Shown here: positions 22,304 through 32,127 of the stretch, piece by piece | Layout of the letters: every line of letters starts with the position of its first letter | How positions within the stretch are numbered: position 1 is the stretch's first letter | Assembly: GCA_963662285.2 (NCBI GenBank) | Contig: CAXXMV010000002.1 | Location: forward strand, 512,001-576,000 | Length of the DNA stretch: 64,000 nucleotides | Direction of reading: 5' to 3' | From: a bacterium | GTDB taxonomy: Bacteria; Hinthialibacterota; Hinthialibacteria; Hinthialibacterales; Hinthialibacteraceae | Position numbers and translations under genes: made by a program | Notes under the pieces: model-generated | Databases searched by the model: none | The model's input: only the letters and a program-made list of their open reading frames with translations | What the model was told of the DNA's origin: nothing

Positions 22304-24976
22304 TTATTTTGAATCCGGTTTTTCGTTCTCATTTATTGTATCATTACTATCTTTTGTAATTTCTTTGAGTTTCGACTCAATTTCTATTAGTTGATCTTCT
22401 AATTCTTGATTTTTATCTTGTAGTTTATCTATTAGCCCGGCGTTTTTGCCAGATAAATCGCTCTCGTGGTCACGGCGAATTTCAGAAATAGCTCGTTTCG
22501 CCTCGTTGCGAATGTTTTCCTTACCATCATTACTCTCGATCCATTGCAATTGAGAGATGGCGTCTTCATGGCCTAATGATTGTAAACCGGAAACTGCTGC
22601 GCTTCGGATAGATGGTGAAGATGATTTCAAGTAGTTCAAAAGCAGATTCAAGGCGCTTGATTGATTTTTCTTGGTTTCACCCGCCAATCGACCTAATCCC
22701 CTGATAGCGGTTGTGCGTAAGTCTCTATGATAAGGGTCTTTAGAGAAACTTTCCAGGTCGCTGAATACTTGTGGTTCTTTGAGGTCTACCAGCGTATTCA
22801 AAATTGAGGATTGCATCTGATGTCTCCATGAATTGCGTTTTAATCCTGATTTTAATACTGAATAGACCTTCTCCGGTTTTAAGCGGGCCAGCGTTCGCAC
22901 GGCGCTGGATGCCACGCTATTGCTGGGATCATTTTTTATTATATCGATCAACACATTAATTACTTCTTTATCTTTATAAAACCCCCGCAGGGAATTTACA
23001 ACCTTACCCCTCACTTTTGGCTCATTATCTTTTAGTAGAGACAACAGGGCTTCTTTGGCTTCGGCGTCTCTTTCTTTGCCCAAAACATCGATGGCTTCGA
23101 GCCGCACGCGGAGGTATGGATCGTTTTTAGCAGTTTTCAGCAGCGCCTCCCGGACGGTTTTATTCCTGCGGTCGGTCAATTTTTGAACCGCACGGATACG
23201 GATAATAATGGTTGAACCGTTTTCCAGGTCATAGAGCAGCATATCCTGTGATTTTTCATGCTCTTGTTCCATCAATGCCCGTAGGCGGTGGTTTAGATTG
23301 ATGCTTTTAGGGGCATTAGGGCAATCGATGAAGATGCTCTCGTCTTTTTTGGTGATTTCAATCTTCTTCTCAATGGTTTGGTCTTCAGTGCGGATTTCAA
23401 TTTCCAATGGAAATGCGAAAGCTGGTTTTCCTTCTTCCATCTTCTGGGTCTGTTTCAGCGTCAATTTGACCTGCTTGCTTTCTGGCAGCCATTGGTGTTC
23501 GATTTTCAAAACAGGGTGTCCGGGGCCATAGACCCATTGCTCAAAAAAGCGGTCCATTGACCGTCCTGTAACTGTTTCAAACGATTCCATTAGATCATCG
23601 CTATCCACCAGACCGGGCGCGTTTTGATTGAGGTAATGGTTCAAACTCTTGCGGAACAGATCGTCGCCCAGCTGATGCCTTAGGATATGCAGGACGCTGG
23701 CGCCTTTAGGGTATGAATGACTGTCGAACATCTCTCCGGCGTCTTCAAACTGGTTAGATACTATAGGGCGCGTGTAACTCCGCGCTTCGCCGAAATAACT
23801 GCTCATTTTGTTCATCATAGCTTCCAGGTAAGCGTCTTCTCCCTTGGTATGCTCAACCCAAAGAGCATCTGAAAGTGTGGCGAATCCCTCGTTGAGCCAT
23901 AATTCGGGCCATGACTGGCAGGTGACCAGATCGCCGAACCATTGGTGAGCCAGTTCGTGCATGATCAGCCCTTCCATGTCATTATCCTGCCGGGCGTTCT
24001 GATCCATTACAATCCATTCATGCATGGTGGTGGCCGTGGTATGCTCCATGCCTCCAGCGTGAAAATAACGCACGGATGACTGGGCGTATTTTTCGTAGGG
24101 ATATGGATAATCCAGGTAGTTGCTGAAAAACTCGATCATATCCGGCGTCATGCCCATGCTGGGGCGGGCATCCTTTGCTTGACCTTTGGCTACGTAATAT
24201 TCAACTGGTTTGCCGCGCCATTCGTCGCGTACAATATCAAAATGCCCTACCACCAGACTGATCAGGTAGGTCACATGGGGTATTTTCTGTTTCCAATGAT
24301 CGGTGCGCCAGCCGCCTTCAGTTTTAGAATCGATCATCAGGCCGTTGGAGAGGGTGACGAAATCCTTGGGGACGCTGACAAAGACTTCGGTAGTCATGCG
24401 GTCGTTGGGGTAGTCGCCGCATGGGAACCACGATGAAGCGCCGAATGGTTCTGACAGGGTGTACATCTGGTCGGCTGTTTTGGGGGCTGATTGTTTTTCA
24501 TTGGAAAAGAACATGCCTCCACCGAAGCGGCCGCCGACATTCAGTACATTGGCTTCATAGGATACTGATAAGGTTATGTCCTCACCCATCGCCAAAGGCT
24601 TGTCGAAATTTATATAGATGGAATTATCCGAATATGTCCAATCAAGTTTCTCCGCTAATGAACTGTTGACCTCATTGATAGTCATGTCATAAGCGTCGAG
24701 CCGAACTGAGGTTACATTCTCATGAATGGGTTGCAACTGGTAATGAGCCGTTCCTTCGACTGATTGTTGATCCATCAGTATCTTGATCTCAAGTTTAAGA
24801 TGCTCAAAATCAACCGTACGGTCAGGACGATAGTGGCGTGGATATGCGCCATCGGTCATCTTGGCTGGAAACAAGGCGTGATTGTGCGCCATGTCTCCCG
24901 CATGAGCCGCAACTACTCCACCAAAAGCCAACAAAGCAAGCAATAAACCAGCGATACAACGAGATAGTCGAGACAT
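22304..24976 (-). CDS. Exported M1-family aminopeptidase with HEAT repeats and coiled-coil tail
   Basis: Signal peptide; GGMEH; HELAHQWFG-x-WLNEGFA zinc motif; YPKGA; C-terminal HEAT-like repeats. Confidence 0.9.
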   Translation of the reverse strand: MSRLSRCIAGLLLALLAFGGVVAAHAGDMAHNHALFPAKMTDGAYPRHYRPDRTVDFEHLKLEIKILMDQQSVEGTAHYQLQPIHENVTSVRLDAYDMTINEVNSSLAEKLDWTYSDNSIYINFDKPLAMGEDITLSVSYEANVLNVGGRFGGGMFFSNEKQSAPKTADQMYTLSEPFGASSWFPCGDYPNDRMTTEVFVSVPKDFVTLSNGLMIDSKTEGGWRTDHWKQKIPHVTYLISLVVGHFDIVRDEWRGKPVEYYVAKGQAKDARPSMGMTPDMIEFFSNYLDYPYPYEKYAQSSVRYFHAGGMEHTTATTMHEWIVMDQNARQDNDMEGLIMHELAHQWFGDLVTCQSWPELWLNEGFATLSDALWVEHTKGEDAYLEAMMNKMSSYFGEARSYTRPIVSNQFEDAGEMFDSHSYPKGASVLHILRHQLGDDLFRKSLNHYLNQNAPGLVDSDDLMESFETVTGRSMDRFFEQWVYGPGHPVLKIEHQWLPESKQVKLTLKQTQKMEEGKPAFAFPLEIEIRTEDQTIEKKIEITKKDESIFIDCPNAPKSINLNHRLRALMEQEHEKSQDMLLYDLENGSTIIIRIRAVQKLTDRRNKTVREALLKTAKNDPYLRVRLEAIDVLGKERDAEAKEALLSLLKDNEPKVRGKVVNSLRGFYKDKEVINVLIDIIKNDPSNSVASSAVRTLARLKPEKVYSVLKSGLKRNSWRHQMQSSILNTLVDLKEPQVFSDLESFSKDPYHRDLRTTAIRGLGRLAGETKKNQSSALNLLLNYLKSSSPSIRSAAVSGLQSLGHEDAISQLQWIESNDGKENIRNEAKRAISEIRRDHESDLSGKNAGLIDKLQDKNQELEDQLIEIESKLKEITKDSNDTINENEKPDSK

Positions 24977-25131
24977 GAACCATACCCTCCAAGTATAAAG
25001 TGATGCAAGGATTATAAACCTCAAAGGCTAAGGCGGGAGGGCGGATGGCTTTGTGTTGTTGATATTTGGATTAACCGGGGTGGTGGATAAAAGGAGAAAG
25101 TGGTTTTTTACGCTCATTAAGTCAATATAAT

Positions 25132-25169
25132 GCAAAAGGGGTGCGTGAAAAATCACGCGCCCCTTTTGC
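25132..25169 (-). terminator. Intrinsic terminator of the VIT-vWA gene
   Basis: GCAAAAGGGGTGCGTGA-AAAA-TCACGCGCCCCTTTTGC. Confidence 0.7.
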
Positions 25170-25178
25170 TATGGGAAC

Positions 25179-27590
25179 TTATTGCCAAATGCCAATCTTG
25201 GCAGTTTGAGCCGATTCTTGCGCGGATTTAAATTCTTCTAGATAGGTCGTATCTTTCGATGACTGGATATAAACCGCGTATCCTAGTTCAACCAGTTTTA
25301 CATTGATATTGCGCTGATTGATGAAAAGATATACCTGTTTATTGTTGATCGATTTATCCGTATCAACAAATTCTACATATATTTCTTTCCCTTGAAGCCA
25401 TTTTTGCAGGAATTTGATCAATTCGCTATAAACGGCTTTGTTTTCAACCGGGAATTCTATATCTACCAGGCGAACGGTTTCTTCTTTTCCATTAATGATA
25501 ATCTTTATTAAACCATCCTCCATTACATTAAGTATTGTGCATTTGATGGATGATGGAATTATTCCCGGACCGGGTATTAATACATCGCCTGTATTTTCAT
25601 GGATAGACCAGTCATTAACGGGAACAGACATGCCAGGATCATTATCCTGATTCTGGGGCGGTTCGCCAACGGCATAATCAGATACTCCATCAGGCAATGG
25701 AACTGGTTGTTTGATCGTTTCTCCTTCTCCTCCTTCATTGCGTATGATGTAATCTACGGCGATAAAAGAAGTGTAGTTGGTTAACATGTTGTATTTTAAT
25801 CCAAGTTCGATTACCGCGCTGGCATTGTCGGGAAAACCCATAGCCCCATAGTCGTAATTGGTTTTGGCATCATAATCAGACAGCGTTTTTATGCGATGTC
25901 TGGCCCACAAATAGCGCAGGGCTTTATTGGATTCGTTCTCTAACTCAGGGCTTAGTTCATAGGTTTGTTCAAAAGGTCCATTACCGGTAAAACCTGATAC
26001 GGTGATTGATCCGGTTGGCTCGCCAATATATTTTCCAAACGCAATGATTGGCCGTTGAGTGAAAAGATCGGGAATAGCAGGCGGTTCGATATCATAGACC
26101 TCTAAGTCGCTGAAATTGATTTCTATTTGAGAAAGAACCGGATTTTGGATGTATTTTTGGAATTTAGTTATATTCTCATCAACTTCACCGGGATTGGTAA
26201 TAAAGAATGGTTCGCCTCTTCCAGCATAGGCCATGCCTTCAATGATGAAACGGTTGACGGATGTTCCGATTCCCAATGCGAATAAATTTGATAGGTTCAG
26301 TTTGTTACGGATCAGGTCGAAGGCCTCGTATTCAACTGTGACATAACCATCAGTGATGACAACAGTGGATCGTGCGATATCCTCAGATTGATGGGGGAGG
26401 TTGAAGGTTCTCTCCAAGGCTGGCAACAATCGCGTACCTCCCCCGCCGTACAAATTTCCTATACGTGTGATTGCATCATTAATGTTTGCCGGAGTGGCCG
26501 GGACTGAGGAATCGTACAATACCATGCTTCCGCCGGCGAATGTCAGCACATTGAAATAATCTGTAGGGCGTAACTCTTCAAGTAGTCCGAATATCAGTTG
26601 TTTGGCAGTATTCAGAGGGTATCCACTCATCGAACCGGAAACATCCAGCACGAAATTGTAATCCCGTGGTGGAATGATTGATTCAGTGATTTGATCCGGG
26701 GGTTCGACCATAACAAGAAAGAAATTCTCGTCTTCATGGCGATAAAGCAGAACGCCGGATTGAATGACGTCATCCTGTAAGTTGTAGCGCAGGATATAAT
26801 CCTTGGTTCCTGCTTTTTCTGTTGCATTGAGAATTATATCGGCCTGATACGGCGTCTCGTATTGGACATTGATGTCATGCATAACGGATGTGACGCTTTT
26901 GATGGGAATGCCGGATGAAATCGAAGCCGTAATGTTGTAATCGAATAAACTGTCTTCGCCCTCATGGGTGTATGGCGTTTCGATATATCCCTCTGAATCG
27001 TGAGAGCCTTCCGCAGGCGTTTCTGAATAACGCGGCCCGACCACGGTGGGATAAACGAATTCATACGTTCCATCTTCTGGAACCAGTAGTTCAACATAAT
27101 GAAGTTCGACGACGATCACATCGCCGGGCATGATATTGGCAACGCTCATCTGGAATACATTGGGACGTTGCTGTTCGAGAAGAGTGACGCTTTTTCCTTC
27201 GTCTTTGGCTTCATCGTATTCCTTTTGAGCCTGCTTTTTCTCGCGGATTTCCGCTTCGATCAGCCGGTCGCCGATTCGCATACTCATGGCGTGGACTGCG
27301 GCGCGGGTGGATGCCGGGAACACATAAATAGCCTCAATGGGGCGCGTTCCTTCGTTGGCGTAGGTCTGCTTGACGCTGACCGCCGCCATCACCCCGGCGA
27401 TTTGTGAATCTACCTCACAACTCTTAAGCGGAAGCTGATCCAGGGTTGGATCATCACTTTGAACATAGAAAAAAGGCGATAGGGTTTTATCTTCGTTTTG
27501 AACTTCCTGGGCGCTGGTATTCATTGCGGTGAGACCAGAAACTAAACAGGCGAGCAAAGTAATCAGGCAGATTGAACGGTTGGATTTCAT
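25179..27590 (-). CDS. Secreted VIT + vWA domain protein with C-terminal thermonuclease(SNase)-like domain
   Basis: Signal peptide; VIT motifs (QTYAN...IEAIYVFP...NVFQMSVANI); MIDAS DVSGSM, GGT and ITDG; C-terminal VRL...NINVKLVELGYA...AQESAQTAKIGIW. Confidence 0.85.
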   Translation of the reverse strand: MKSNRSICLITLLACLVSGLTAMNTSAQEVQNEDKTLSPFFYVQSDDPTLDQLPLKSCEVDSQIAGVMAAVSVKQTYANEGTRPIEAIYVFPASTRAAVHAMSMRIGDRLIEAEIREKKQAQKEYDEAKDEGKSVTLLEQQRPNVFQMSVANIMPGDVIVVELHYVELLVPEDGTYEFVYPTVVGPRYSETPAEGSHDSEGYIETPYTHEGEDSLFDYNITASISSGIPIKSVTSVMHDINVQYETPYQADIILNATEKAGTKDYILRYNLQDDVIQSGVLLYRHEDENFFLVMVEPPDQITESIIPPRDYNFVLDVSGSMSGYPLNTAKQLIFGLLEELRPTDYFNVLTFAGGSMVLYDSSVPATPANINDAITRIGNLYGGGGTRLLPALERTFNLPHQSEDIARSTVVITDGYVTVEYEAFDLIRNKLNLSNLFALGIGTSVNRFIIEGMAYAGRGEPFFITNPGEVDENITKFQKYIQNPVLSQIEINFSDLEVYDIEPPAIPDLFTQRPIIAFGKYIGEPTGSITVSGFTGNGPFEQTYELSPELENESNKALRYLWARHRIKTLSDYDAKTNYDYGAMGFPDNASAVIELGLKYNMLTNYTSFIAVDYIIRNEGGEGETIKQPVPLPDGVSDYAVGEPPQNQDNDPGMSVPVNDWSIHENTGDVLIPGPGIIPSSIKCTILNVMEDGLIKIIINGKEETVRLVDIEFPVENKAVYSELIKFLQKWLQGKEIYVEFVDTDKSINNKQVYLFINQRNINVKLVELGYAVYIQSSKDTTYLEEFKSAQESAQTAKIGIWQ

Positions 27591-27933
27591 GACAGCATTC
27601 CCTCTCTTGTTTTAGAGTGCTTTTCATAAACATAATTTTATAAATAGCTCTATGCACGTCACTTTTTCAACGGTTGGTTTTGGCAATTTATTACAGGTAC
27701 GGATCAAACAATTTCAATACTGATAAACTCCGGCTTTACCATTAAAACAATATCACGGGAAATTAAATTCATCTGCAATAATAGTAATATATATTAAAAA
27801 TATGCACCATGTATTTTGTATTTATTTGTAAATAGTGCGTTGATTTGTGTTGGATGGAAGGCAGACAGGAATAATTTCCTTCTTTGCGTCTCGACCGATT
27901 GATTTTACGCCGGACGTGCTTTATTTTAGAAGC

Positions 27934-29214
27934 ATGAGACATCAATGGAGTATGCTTCTTCTGCTTGCAGTCATGACATGCTGCATTGCCGCTGTGCAAT
28001 GCCAGGCTCAACCGACGTCTGCAACCGCCGCAACCGTCGACGTCGTAACTCCCGCACCGACTATTACTTATACGCCGACTGTAATCCCTGAACCGAGTCT
28101 TACGCCCAGCGCTATCTCTGATGCATATCCAGCATTAAAGGTGGAAATAGCCGGGCAGGTGGTTGAGGTGACTCCGGTCTCCGCCCAACAAATCCTTCAA
28201 TTTCAACAATGGGAAAAGCAGAACGCCGATGCTTCTTGTAGATCCAAACTTGCGTGGTGTGGTTTTGCGGGCGCCATAGTAGCGCTTGGAATAGCTTTAT
28301 CACGGTCGATTAGCCACTACAATCAAGTTCACGAGCAGATGATGACATCTTTCCGCGAGCGGCTCTTCTCCAAAGACCCCGGAGCAGTAATAGCCGCCGC
28401 CATGAGTTTGTCCGCTTATCCCCGCGAGGCCATCTGGCTGGTCATGCGCTTTGCTGAAGAGCATAAGCGGGAGAAACTTGAAGGCATTTTTTATAAAGAC
28501 CCGCACCAGATTAAACAGGCCATCCAGGATGCCATGTCCAATATGTCAAAACGGTATACATGGTACTGGAAACCGCCATTCAAAATCCGGGGCGCCCGCT
28601 TGGATGGTAAGACCATTTCCATTGATATTGGCCCGATAAATTTAAATAACGCATACATGGTTGGCGGTGATTTCAGTGGAATTGGCCTAGAAGGAGCCAA
28701 ACTTAATTCCGCCAATCTGCAGGACGCCAAACTTAGGAGTGCCAAGCTACAGGACGCCTACCTTGCTTTCGCCAAGTTGCAGAAAGCTTACCTTGGTTTC
28801 GCGAAGTTGCAGAAAGCCTACCTTTGTGAAGCCAATCTGCAGAAAGCCAACCTTAATTTCGCCATTCTGCAGAAAGCCAACCTTTGCAAAGCCAATCTGC
28901 AGGAAGCCTACCTTAGTGATGCCGAACTTGGTTCCGCCAACCTAAATGGCGCAAATCTAAGAAAAATAAAACTCCAAAATGCAGAATTGGAGGATGATTA
29001 CCTTAGTTATGCTAAAAACATGGGCGCCATTTTGGATGATGAACAGAAACAAAAGGTATTAGAATGGGAAAATGACCATACCGATGCCCCTTGGTTGAAT
29101 ACGATCCCTTGTTGGTGGGTATATCGGCGTGATGAAAATAGGAGAAGTAAATTACAAAACGACTGGGCTGAAGAGATGGGGGAATATATTGATAAGATCC
29201 GAGAAGAAAAATGA
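27934..29214 (+). CDS. Membrane-anchored pentapeptide-repeat protein
   Basis: Signal peptide, Thr/Pro-rich linker, TM helix and A(N/K/Y)Lxx pentapeptide repeats. Start inferred. Confidence 0.8.
   Translation: MRHQWSMLLLLAVMTCCIAAVQCQAQPTSATAATVDVVTPAPTITYTPTVIPEPSLTPSAISDAYPALKVEIAGQVVEVTPVSAQQILQFQQWEKQNADASCRSKLAWCGFAGAIVALGIALSRSISHYNQVHEQMMTSFRERLFSKDPGAVIAAAMSLSAYPREAIWLVMRFAEEHKREKLEGIFYKDPHQIKQAIQDAMSNMSKRYTWYWKPPFKIRGARLDGKTISIDIGPINLNNAYMVGGDFSGIGLEGAKLNSANLQDAKLRSAKLQDAYLAFAKLQKAYLGFAKLQKAYLCEANLQKANLNFAILQKANLCKANLQEAYLSDAELGSANLNGANLRKIKLQNAELEDDYLSYAKNMGAILDDEQKQKVLEWENDHTDAPWLNTIPCWWVYRRDENRRSKLQNDWAEEMGEYIDKIREEK
28711..28920 (+). repeat. Seven tandem 30-bp units encoding the pentapeptide repeats
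   Basis: Units approximate GCCAA(T/G)CTGCAG(A/G)AAGCC(A/T)ACCTTnnnnnn. Confidence 0.9.
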
Positions 29215-29229
29215 CAGCGTAGGTGCTCG

Positions 29230-29360
29230 TTATCAACCCTCACCTAACCTCTCCCAATCTTGGGAGAGGGATGCTTGAGCCACAGTTTTATTTTACAACT
29301 AGTGATATCCCAAAAGCCCCTCTCCCCCAAGCCTGGGGGAGAATTCAAGAGGGGGTTGAT
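29230..29360. repeat. Inverted doublet of REP-like CCCTCTCCC...GGGAGAGG elements
   Basis: Copy A at 29230-29273 and inverted copy B at 29317-29360; each has an internal hairpin. Confidence 0.7.
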
Positions 29361-29425
29361 TTCGATAACCTTATCCGTTTCATCCCGAAAGTTTATACAT
29401 ATTGATTAACGCAGAAGAAAAAAAC

Positions 29426-29466
29426 TGTCTGAATCATGATACCCAGGATGAAAAGATGCACATGAT
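29426..29466 (+). repeat. TGTCTGAATC-headed GAT-periodic repeat element, copy 1
   Basis: 31/41 identical to the reverse complement of 37192-37232; GAT recurs every 8-9 bp. Confidence 0.6.
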
Positions 29467-29902
29467 GGGCACCCTGGATAATCAGATTATCCAAATAGAA
29501 AACAAGAAAAAACAGATTACTATCTATTCTCTGTTTTTTTTGCTTTCTAAATCCTTATATTGTTCATAAACATTGACATATTCACCCTTTTTCCATTCAG
29601 GCCATTTATCAACTTGATCTGCGACTTTTTTGATATGATCAAGAAAATCTGATGATTTTGTTTTAGTTTGACCGTGATTTGGGTTATTAGTATCATTTAC
29701 CATTTTTAAAATCCTCCATATTTTTCAGTAATACTTTTACTGCAAATTCTTCTCTATTCTAACGCCAAAACAAATAGTCATAAAAAATAAGTCAAAGAAA
29801 AAAATTTAAACTTAAAAACCTTCATTCTATAAACCATCAATAAAACCACTCCTGCCTGTTAGGTTCGATGCTTTGAAGTGATAGAATCTCAAGCATACAA
29901 TT

Positions 29903-31729
29903 ATGAGTTACTTAGACCAGAATATAAAATTTCTTAAGCTGTGTGATGAGGTATTGGCGCAACGGGTGGCCAGTGATGAAAATGACGCCCCCATCGCATT
30001 GCAGGCAACCGAAGCGGGGCCGCCCACTCTGGTCGTGCAGAATGCTGACCAGGCCTATGCCCTGCATCACCCCGAAGACCCTATTTTGCAGAGCCGCGAT
30101 TTTCTCGATGCGATAGAGAATTGGAAGAAATCGCGCAATATCGCCATAATCGGCGGGGGGCTGTGTTATATTCCATTCTTGATCTATCAGGCCCAGAAAC
30201 GGCTGCGTAATTTGATCGTACTCGAACCGTCGATCAGCGTTTTCCGTGCGGCGATGCATGCGGTTGATATGACTCCGCTGCTACGCGATTCGCGGGTCCG
30301 TTTTGTAGTCGGTTCCCAGCCGGGGCTGGTTTATAATTCCCTGCTGCCTATGGTGGTCGAGTTGACCGCTAATCCACTGACCGCCATTGAGGTTCCATCC
30401 ATCAGCGCCGTATTTCCCGACTGGACCAAGTCGGTCAAGCAGCAGTTGATGGAAGTGATGCAGTTTGGTCAAAGCGGTTTGCAGACCAAGTTTAAGGACG
30501 GGCCGCTGACCCTGAGCAACCTTTTCCAAAACCTGCCGCTCATCGCCGAGTCTGCGGGATTAAGCGATTTGGGTGAGTCCCTCAAGGGAGTTCCCGCCAT
30601 CATCGTGGCCGCCGGACCTTCGCTGCAAAAGAATATTGAACAACTGCGCGAGGTGAACGATGATTTCCTGGTCATCTGCACCGATACCGCCTTCGAGACA
30701 TTACGCCGCAAAGGAATTAAGCCACACGCGGTCATCACGGTTGATCCGACTGAACTGAATCTCAAGCATTTCCCCGATGCGTGTTATGATGAGACGGTTT
30801 TGTTGTTTGATCCTGAAGCGCGTCCCGAAATCGCCCGGAAATTCAGTCGCCGCATGACCTTCATGACCGACAAACATCCATTTTTCGAGCATATAGATAA
30901 GAAACTGGGGGGCAAGGGCATTGCTCCCAAAGCCAGTATGGTATCGCAGGCTGGATTGTACGCCGCGCACTTCCTGGGCTGCGACCCGGTAATTCTGATC
31001 GGTCAGGACTTGGCGCTCGATCCACAGAGCGGCCATACCCATAATCCCGAAACCGCCTATTGCCGCACGGCGCAATTTGTGGAGGACGACCGCGACCATA
31101 TCGATATCCCTATCCCCTCCGGCGACCAAAGCATTTCGCGCGAAAACCTGTTTTGGGTGGAGGGCGTCGATGGCAAACCAGTTCCGACCATGCAGAACTT
31201 CATGGTCTATATCAGGTTGTTGGAAAAAGACGCGCATAATCTTCCCCTTCAAATCGTTGACGCCACCGAGGGAGGCGCCAAGATTAAGGGAACCGAGATT
31301 ACGACTCTGGCTGAAGCCATGAAGACCTACCGGAAATCCGGCGCCAAGGTTTCAGAGGCCTTTCAAACAGCTCACATTTCCGGTGATGACGCCCAGTCGC
31401 GTGCGCAAGATTTAATCAATTCATTAAAGAAAATCCTTATATCACGGGTGGATATCGCGCGTGATGCATTGAAGCAGCTGGAAGATTCGCCCGATATGTC
31501 TTTGCCAGTAATCAACAAAGCCATAGAGAGTTATCAGGAAAAAATATTCGCTGATCCAGTAGCCGAATACCTGATAGAATACGGCGCTCCACGGGAATTA
31601 TTCGAATTTATGAAGATGGGACCAGCCCGCGCAACTGACGATGAAGAACAAAAAAGGTCGCTGGAACGCTGCAGAATCTTGCTGGAAGCAGTAAAACAAG
31701 CGGCGGATCGTTTGCTTGAATATATGTAA
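29903..31729 (+). CDS. Motility-associated factor (Maf)/DUF115 family glycosyltransferase-like protein
   Basis: PAIIVAAGPSLQKN, GIKPHAVITVDP, GCDPVILIGQDLA and VDATEGGAKIKG motifs. Confidence 0.85.
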   Translation: MSYLDQNIKFLKLCDEVLAQRVASDENDAPIALQATEAGPPTLVVQNADQAYALHHPEDPILQSRDFLDAIENWKKSRNIAIIGGGLCYIPFLIYQAQKRLRNLIVLEPSISVFRAAMHAVDMTPLLRDSRVRFVVGSQPGLVYNSLLPMVVELTANPLTAIEVPSISAVFPDWTKSVKQQLMEVMQFGQSGLQTKFKDGPLTLSNLFQNLPLIAESAGLSDLGESLKGVPAIIVAAGPSLQKNIEQLREVNDDFLVICTDTAFETLRRKGIKPHAVITVDPTELNLKHFPDACYDETVLLFDPEARPEIARKFSRRMTFMTDKHPFFEHIDKKLGGKGIAPKASMVSQAGLYAAHFLGCDPVILIGQDLALDPQSGHTHNPETAYCRTAQFVEDDRDHIDIPIPSGDQSISRENLFWVEGVDGKPVPTMQNFMVYIRLLEKDAHNLPLQIVDATEGGAKIKGTEITTLAEAMKTYRKSGAKVSEAFQTAHISGDDAQSRAQDLINSLKKILISRVDIARDALKQLEDSPDMSLPVINKAIESYQEKIFADPVAEYLIEYGAPRELFEFMKMGPARATDDEEQKRSLERCRILLEAVKQAADRLLEYM

Positions 31730-31772
31730 ATCCTTTATTTTGCATGATTTATGTATTTATATTGATTCATTG

Positions 31773-31835
31773 CAAAAAAAAGTTAAAAAAAAATAAAAAA
31801 AACTCTTGACATGCGTCACATTTATCAGTTAAAAT
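31773..31835 (+). promoter_or_regulatory. Strong sigma70 promoter with A-tract UP element
   Basis: A-tracts, then TTGACA (31806-31811), N18, TAAAAT (31830-31835). Confidence 0.75.
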
Positions 31836-31841
31836 ATGTAT

Positions 31842-31925
31842 ACCATTGTGAGTACAGATTTTACCTGGTAGATTTTCTCGACCAAGAAAAATTTGCAGGA
31901 AAAGGCCGCGAGAGCGGCCTTTTCC
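31842..31925 (+). ncRNA. Candidate ~85-nt small RNA
   Basis: Lies between the strong promoter and the hairpin GGAAAAGGCCGC-GAGA-GCGGCCTTTTCC (31898-31925). Contains a second imperfect stem and no convincing ORF. Confidence 0.55.
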
Positions 31926-32127
31926 ATGTCTGGAGTTATTTTAAGTTATCTTTTATCTGAGCATTAATTATGCTAGGATGTTTATATAATGTTGTTATAA
32001 ATAAATGGCCCGAGGTTAATCCACGGGCTTCTTTCACGAAGAGAGGCTTTTTTTTAATTCATCTATATTCAAGTGATAATAAAAAAGTGGACGTATTTTA
32101 TCTGGTTTGAGGAAGGAATCCCATCTA

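Noticed and set aside
28711-28920. Possible CRISPR array
   Set aside because: The units are contiguous and in frame within a pentapeptide ORF, with no spacers and no cas genes.
29223-29405. 60-aa ORF
   Set aside because: It is made of the REP-like doublet and is most likely non-coding.
30701-31252. 183-aa antisense ORF and the many other short overlapping ORFs in the track
   Set aside because: These are shadow frames of well-supported genes with no recognisable motifs.
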